Below, one piece after another: positions 44,287 to 47,029 of a DNA stretch of 47,029 nucleotides; the stretch's first letter is position 1, and the number at the start of each line of letters is the position of its first letter. The notes under the pieces are model-generated. The model did no database searches, was not told the DNA's origin, and saw only the letters and a list, made by a program, of their open reading frames with translations. The stretch is from the NCBI GenBank assembly GCA_030631995.1, contig DAOVKB010000002.1:1-47029 (forward strand), written 5' to 3'. The DNA comes from an archaeon (lineage in GTDB: Archaea; Asgardarchaeota; Heimdallarchaeia; Heimdallarchaeales; Heimdallarchaeaceae). Made by a program: the position numbers and the translations under genes.

Positions 44287-47029
44287 TTACCTTAATCTTT
44301 TACGCAGTAGAATATTAGCATCAACCATTTCAAATATTTTTGAAAGCACTTCTTCCATTGAGTGTTTGCTGAAAAATTCAAGTGCTACACTTATTGATAC
44401 TTCATTATAATCTTTAATGAATTTATATAGTCTTTGACTGAAAGTGTCTAATTTTAGCACATCTTTTTCTTTTACTGCATTTACAGAGAGAGGATGTAAT
44501 GTCCAAACGAATAGACTTTCAGATAATGTATCAATTATTGATCTTTCATTTGCTAGAAATTCATCTGTTTTGCCATCCCAAGTTGTGCTCACAAGTGCGT
44601 GGAATTTCTTCTCAAACCAATCAACAAAGCTTGCTATGCCTGTTTCTACATCTACTGAGATGTCACCAGTGCTAAACAAATAGGTTGTTATACAATCTGT
44701 TCCTGCACTAGAGACGCAGAATTGTCCATAATCGATTTTTCTAACTGCTCCAGCTTCTCCCCCACTTATCTCACCACCCATACCTGAAACAGCTTGTAGG
44801 AAACCAGAAACTAACGAAGAATCTACTGATATTTCTCCACCGAGATCCCATTCATATATAGGTAATCCGGTTTCATTGTGAACAACGATTACTTTTCTCA
44901 TAGAGATTACACTGGTAAGAACCTTTGAAATTTTATCCAGATATCTTCGCTTCTTAGCTTTCTTTCTTTGTTTTCTTGGTCTAATTACTGCGAAATGTAT
45001 TGTTAAGTATAATAACACCGCAGCAATTGCTGCTAAAACTGCAGCCATGTATGGAGTATATGCTTGGAAGAAGAACAACAGTATCGCCATAAAACTAGCT
45101 GAAGCAGTAACAACTTCTTCCTCAACTGATGTTTTGGACAGAACAATAGCATCGTTTGATGCTATATATTCAGCAGAATATCTGATTCCTACAACTCTCC
45201 ATGGAATAAGAATGTCGTCAGTAAATGCAATAATATCATCACCTACTAACTCCAGATCCACTAAAATCCAGTATGTCATTTCAGTTCCGTTTGCAAAAAT
45301 GAATGTATAAGTAATATTAACTGAACCTAGTGCAAGATCAGGAAGATATCTGACACTCATGCTAGATAAGGCAGACACATCAGCATAAGAAGCATTACCT
45401 ACTGTAATTTGGAATTGGAAAGTTTCTAATTGCCTGACTTCTCCGACAATCTCAACTTCCAAATCAAAGTCTGAAGCTGGATTAAATACCAAAGTTATAG
45501 TTATGATCTGTGACACGTAACCATATTTAGATAGGGTTATCACTATAACCAGTGTTTGTCCTACAACTGCTGCATCATTAGGATCAAAGTAAATAACATA
45601 ATATAAACCAAGAGTAGTGACTCCATAATCATCAAAATAATCATCCAAACTCAAAGTTCCATTAATAAAGGAAAATTGTACATCTGCCGAGTTTATTGTA
45701 GAGTCATTCAAATCATCTGTATAACTAATATAGATGTCAATCTCCGTTGCATCAGCATCATTTCTAATAGTTACTTCCGTTTCTCCATCATCAGTTTCAC
45801 CTACCGTCAGTCTTTCTTCTATAGTAATGTAGATCGTAATCAGTTGAGGAAGATATCCAAACTCTATAATCGTTATATTAAGCTGATACGTTCCAGTGGT
45901 ATTGATATAGTTGAGGTAAATGAATATGAACTCACCAGTGGGTGTTAAAATGATGTCAGTTACATTGAATATTGTTGTGAAATTACCTTCATAAATTACT
46001 ATGTCAGGAGAACTAATATTAAATTGAGAATTTATATCCCAGTAACGGATTTCAACAGTAACGTTTTGATCATAATAAATAGTATTATTTGGAGTGGTTA
46101 AGAGTTCTGCATCAGTATCTACAAAGACCAATTCGATAAGGATTATATCAGTTGAATTTAAGTAACCCGTTTCACCAAATTCTATAGTGATCTGAAGCCA
46201 TTCCATGTTATAATCATTATTCTCGATTGTTATATTGTACAAACCGTCTTTCCAGTGAATGACACTAATTACTATATAATCAGTTGAATTAGTTATGATA
46301 CTGTAAATTTCATCACCTGCTATGGTTATATTTTCATTATTATCTATGTCTGTGAAATGTACAGTTATGACAAAAGGATAGCCGATTGATATACTACTAG
46401 GCGCACCAACTATTTGCAAATCTGTGGTAATGGGATCTACAGTCAAAACTCTCAAATTAAAATTCACAATAAACTCATAATTGTCTTTTGAGATATCAAG
46501 AAACACTGTGAAGGATGAAAGGGAAGCATTGTTATTCTGAATGTTGATATAATATATGTTCCCTATTGCATATGAATAATAGATGATGTTTTCTGCACTA
46601 AATAAAACACTAATTGTAGCCCCTAAGATATCTGTAGAATGATTAGTATCTACGAATTGGAAAGAAATAGTTGCATTATGATATGAGTATATTGATAAAT
46701 CTCCACCTACGTTCTGAATTTCCGTTTTCGGTGCAGTAATATCTAAAATAAAACTATCAGAAGCATATTCTTTCGTATAATTAGCTCTGTAATCATTTAT
46801 CTGAATCGCTACAAAAACATCATAGCTTCCTACGGCTAGATTATTTGTTGATGTACTTAGATCTAATTTCCAAGTTTCTTCTACAGCTCCTTGATATGTA
46901 AATGTGTAATCTATTCCGGTAGACAAATTATAAGCTACCGATGCATTGCTTATTGTAACAATCATGTCATTTAGAGGTGTTCCTGTGTCCAAGTTAACTG
47001 TTGCAGATTCATCATAAAGATACATGAAG
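44287..47029 (-). CDS. large single-pass surface protein (N-terminus beyond window) with cytoplasmic longin/roadblock-like and winged-helix-like tail
   Basis: The ORF stays open to the right window edge. About 660 aa of repetitive beta-rich modules carry many N-x-S/T sequons. TM AAVLAAIAAVLLYLTIHFAVI + RPRKQRKKAKKRR (~44940-45085). The tail is VIVVHNETGLPIYEWDLGGEISVDSSLVSGFLQAVSGMGGEI... followed by a WH-like end. Confidence 0.6.
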   Translation of the reverse strand, partial: FMYLYDESATVNLDTGTPLNDMIVTISNASVAYNLSTGIDYTFTYQGAVEETWKLDLSTSTNNLAVGSYDVFVAIQINDYRANYTKEYASDSFILDITAPKTEIQNVGGDLSIYSYHNATISFQFVDTNHSTDILGATISVLFSAENIIYYSYAIGNIYYINIQNNNASLSSFTVFLDISKDNYEFIVNFNLRVLTVDPITTDLQIVGAPSSISIGYPFVITVHFTDIDNNENITIAGDEIYSIITNSTDYIVISVIHWKDGLYNITIENNDYNMEWLQITIEFGETGYLNSTDIILIELVFVDTDAELLTTPNNTIYYDQNVTVEIRYWDINSQFNISSPDIVIYEGNFTTIFNVTDIILTPTGEFIFIYLNYINTTGTYQLNITIIEFGYLPQLITIYITIEERLTVGETDDGETEVTIRNDADATEIDIYISYTDDLNDSTINSADVQFSFINGTLSLDDYFDDYGVTTLGLYYVIYFDPNDAAVVGQTLVIVITLSKYGYVSQIITITLVFNPASDFDLEVEIVGEVRQLETFQFQITVGNASYADVSALSSMSVRYLPDLALGSVNITYTFIFANGTEMTYWILVDLELVGDDIIAFTDDILIPWRVVGIRYSAEYIASNDAIVLSKTSVEEEVVTASASFMAILLFFFQAYTPYMAAVLAAIAAVLLYLTIHFAVIRPRKQRKKAKKRRYLDKISKVLTSVISMRKVIVVHNETGLPIYEWDLGGEISVDSSLVSGFLQAVSGMGGEISGGEAGAVRKIDYGQFCVSSAGTDCITTYLFSTGDISVDVETGIASFVDWFEKKFHALVSTTWDGKTDEFLANERSIIDTLSESLFVWTLHPLSVNAVKEKDVLKLDTFSQRLYKFIKDYNEVSISVALEFFSKHSMEEVLSKIFEMVDANILLRKRLR

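Noticed and set aside
1-47029. Whole-window scan for CRISPR arrays, rRNA/tRNA genes, transposases/integrases, inteins and long direct or inverted repeats
   Set aside because: No regularly spaced repeats were seen, and no non-coding gap exceeds about 200 nt. No GC-rich RNA-like islands stand out in the AT-rich background. AlaRS, PheRS, PriS/L, Kae1 and TFB have normal lengths with contiguous motifs, so inteins are unlikely. This was a by-eye scan, so short or degenerate repeats could have been missed.

Overview
This is a gene-dense, visibly AT-rich archaeal chromosomal segment (G+C not computed). I call about 42 protein-coding genes on both strands. I found no rRNA or tRNA genes, CRISPR arrays, transposases or integrases, and the largest non-coding gap is about 200 nt. 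Housekeeping markers are clear: TFB, primase PriL/PriS next to a Y-family polymerase, archaeal AlaRS, PheRS alpha/beta, Kae1 and Bud32 (KEOPS), a SepF-like protein, glutamine synthetase, pyruvoyl arginine decarboxylase, a DHPS-like/CofE-like pair and an ABC ATPase. Between them sit genes with eukaryote-like regulatory domains. (i) A 691-aa protein has about 8 tandem PCI-like winged-helix repeats ending in a zinc ribbon and a RING-H2-like finger. (ii) An ePK-like kinase and a membrane-anchored JAMM/MPN+ protease form one operon. (iii) Divergent from that operon is a cluster encoding a PEVK-like acidic disordered protein, three paralogous Roadblock/LC7-like proteins and a membrane zinc-ribbon protein, with no GTPase partner. 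(iv) A giant glycosylation-sequon-rich surface protein has a cytoplasmic tail that looks like a longin/roadblock domain plus a winged helix. Other oddities are a GcvH-like protein whose lipoyl-lysine position is Glu, a secreted PLD with a lamin-tail domain and a PGF-CTERM-like anchor, an orphan divergent Orc1/Cdc6-like ATPase, and a divergent pair of 2-phosphoglycerate-kinase-like paralogues. My best candidate for an undescribed system is the 25.0-32.1 kb kinase/JAMM/Roadblock locus, possibly acting with the WH-array-RING protein. The domain mix suggests an Asgard (Loki-like) archaeon, but that is inference. All domain calls come from reading motifs in the translations, with no searches run.
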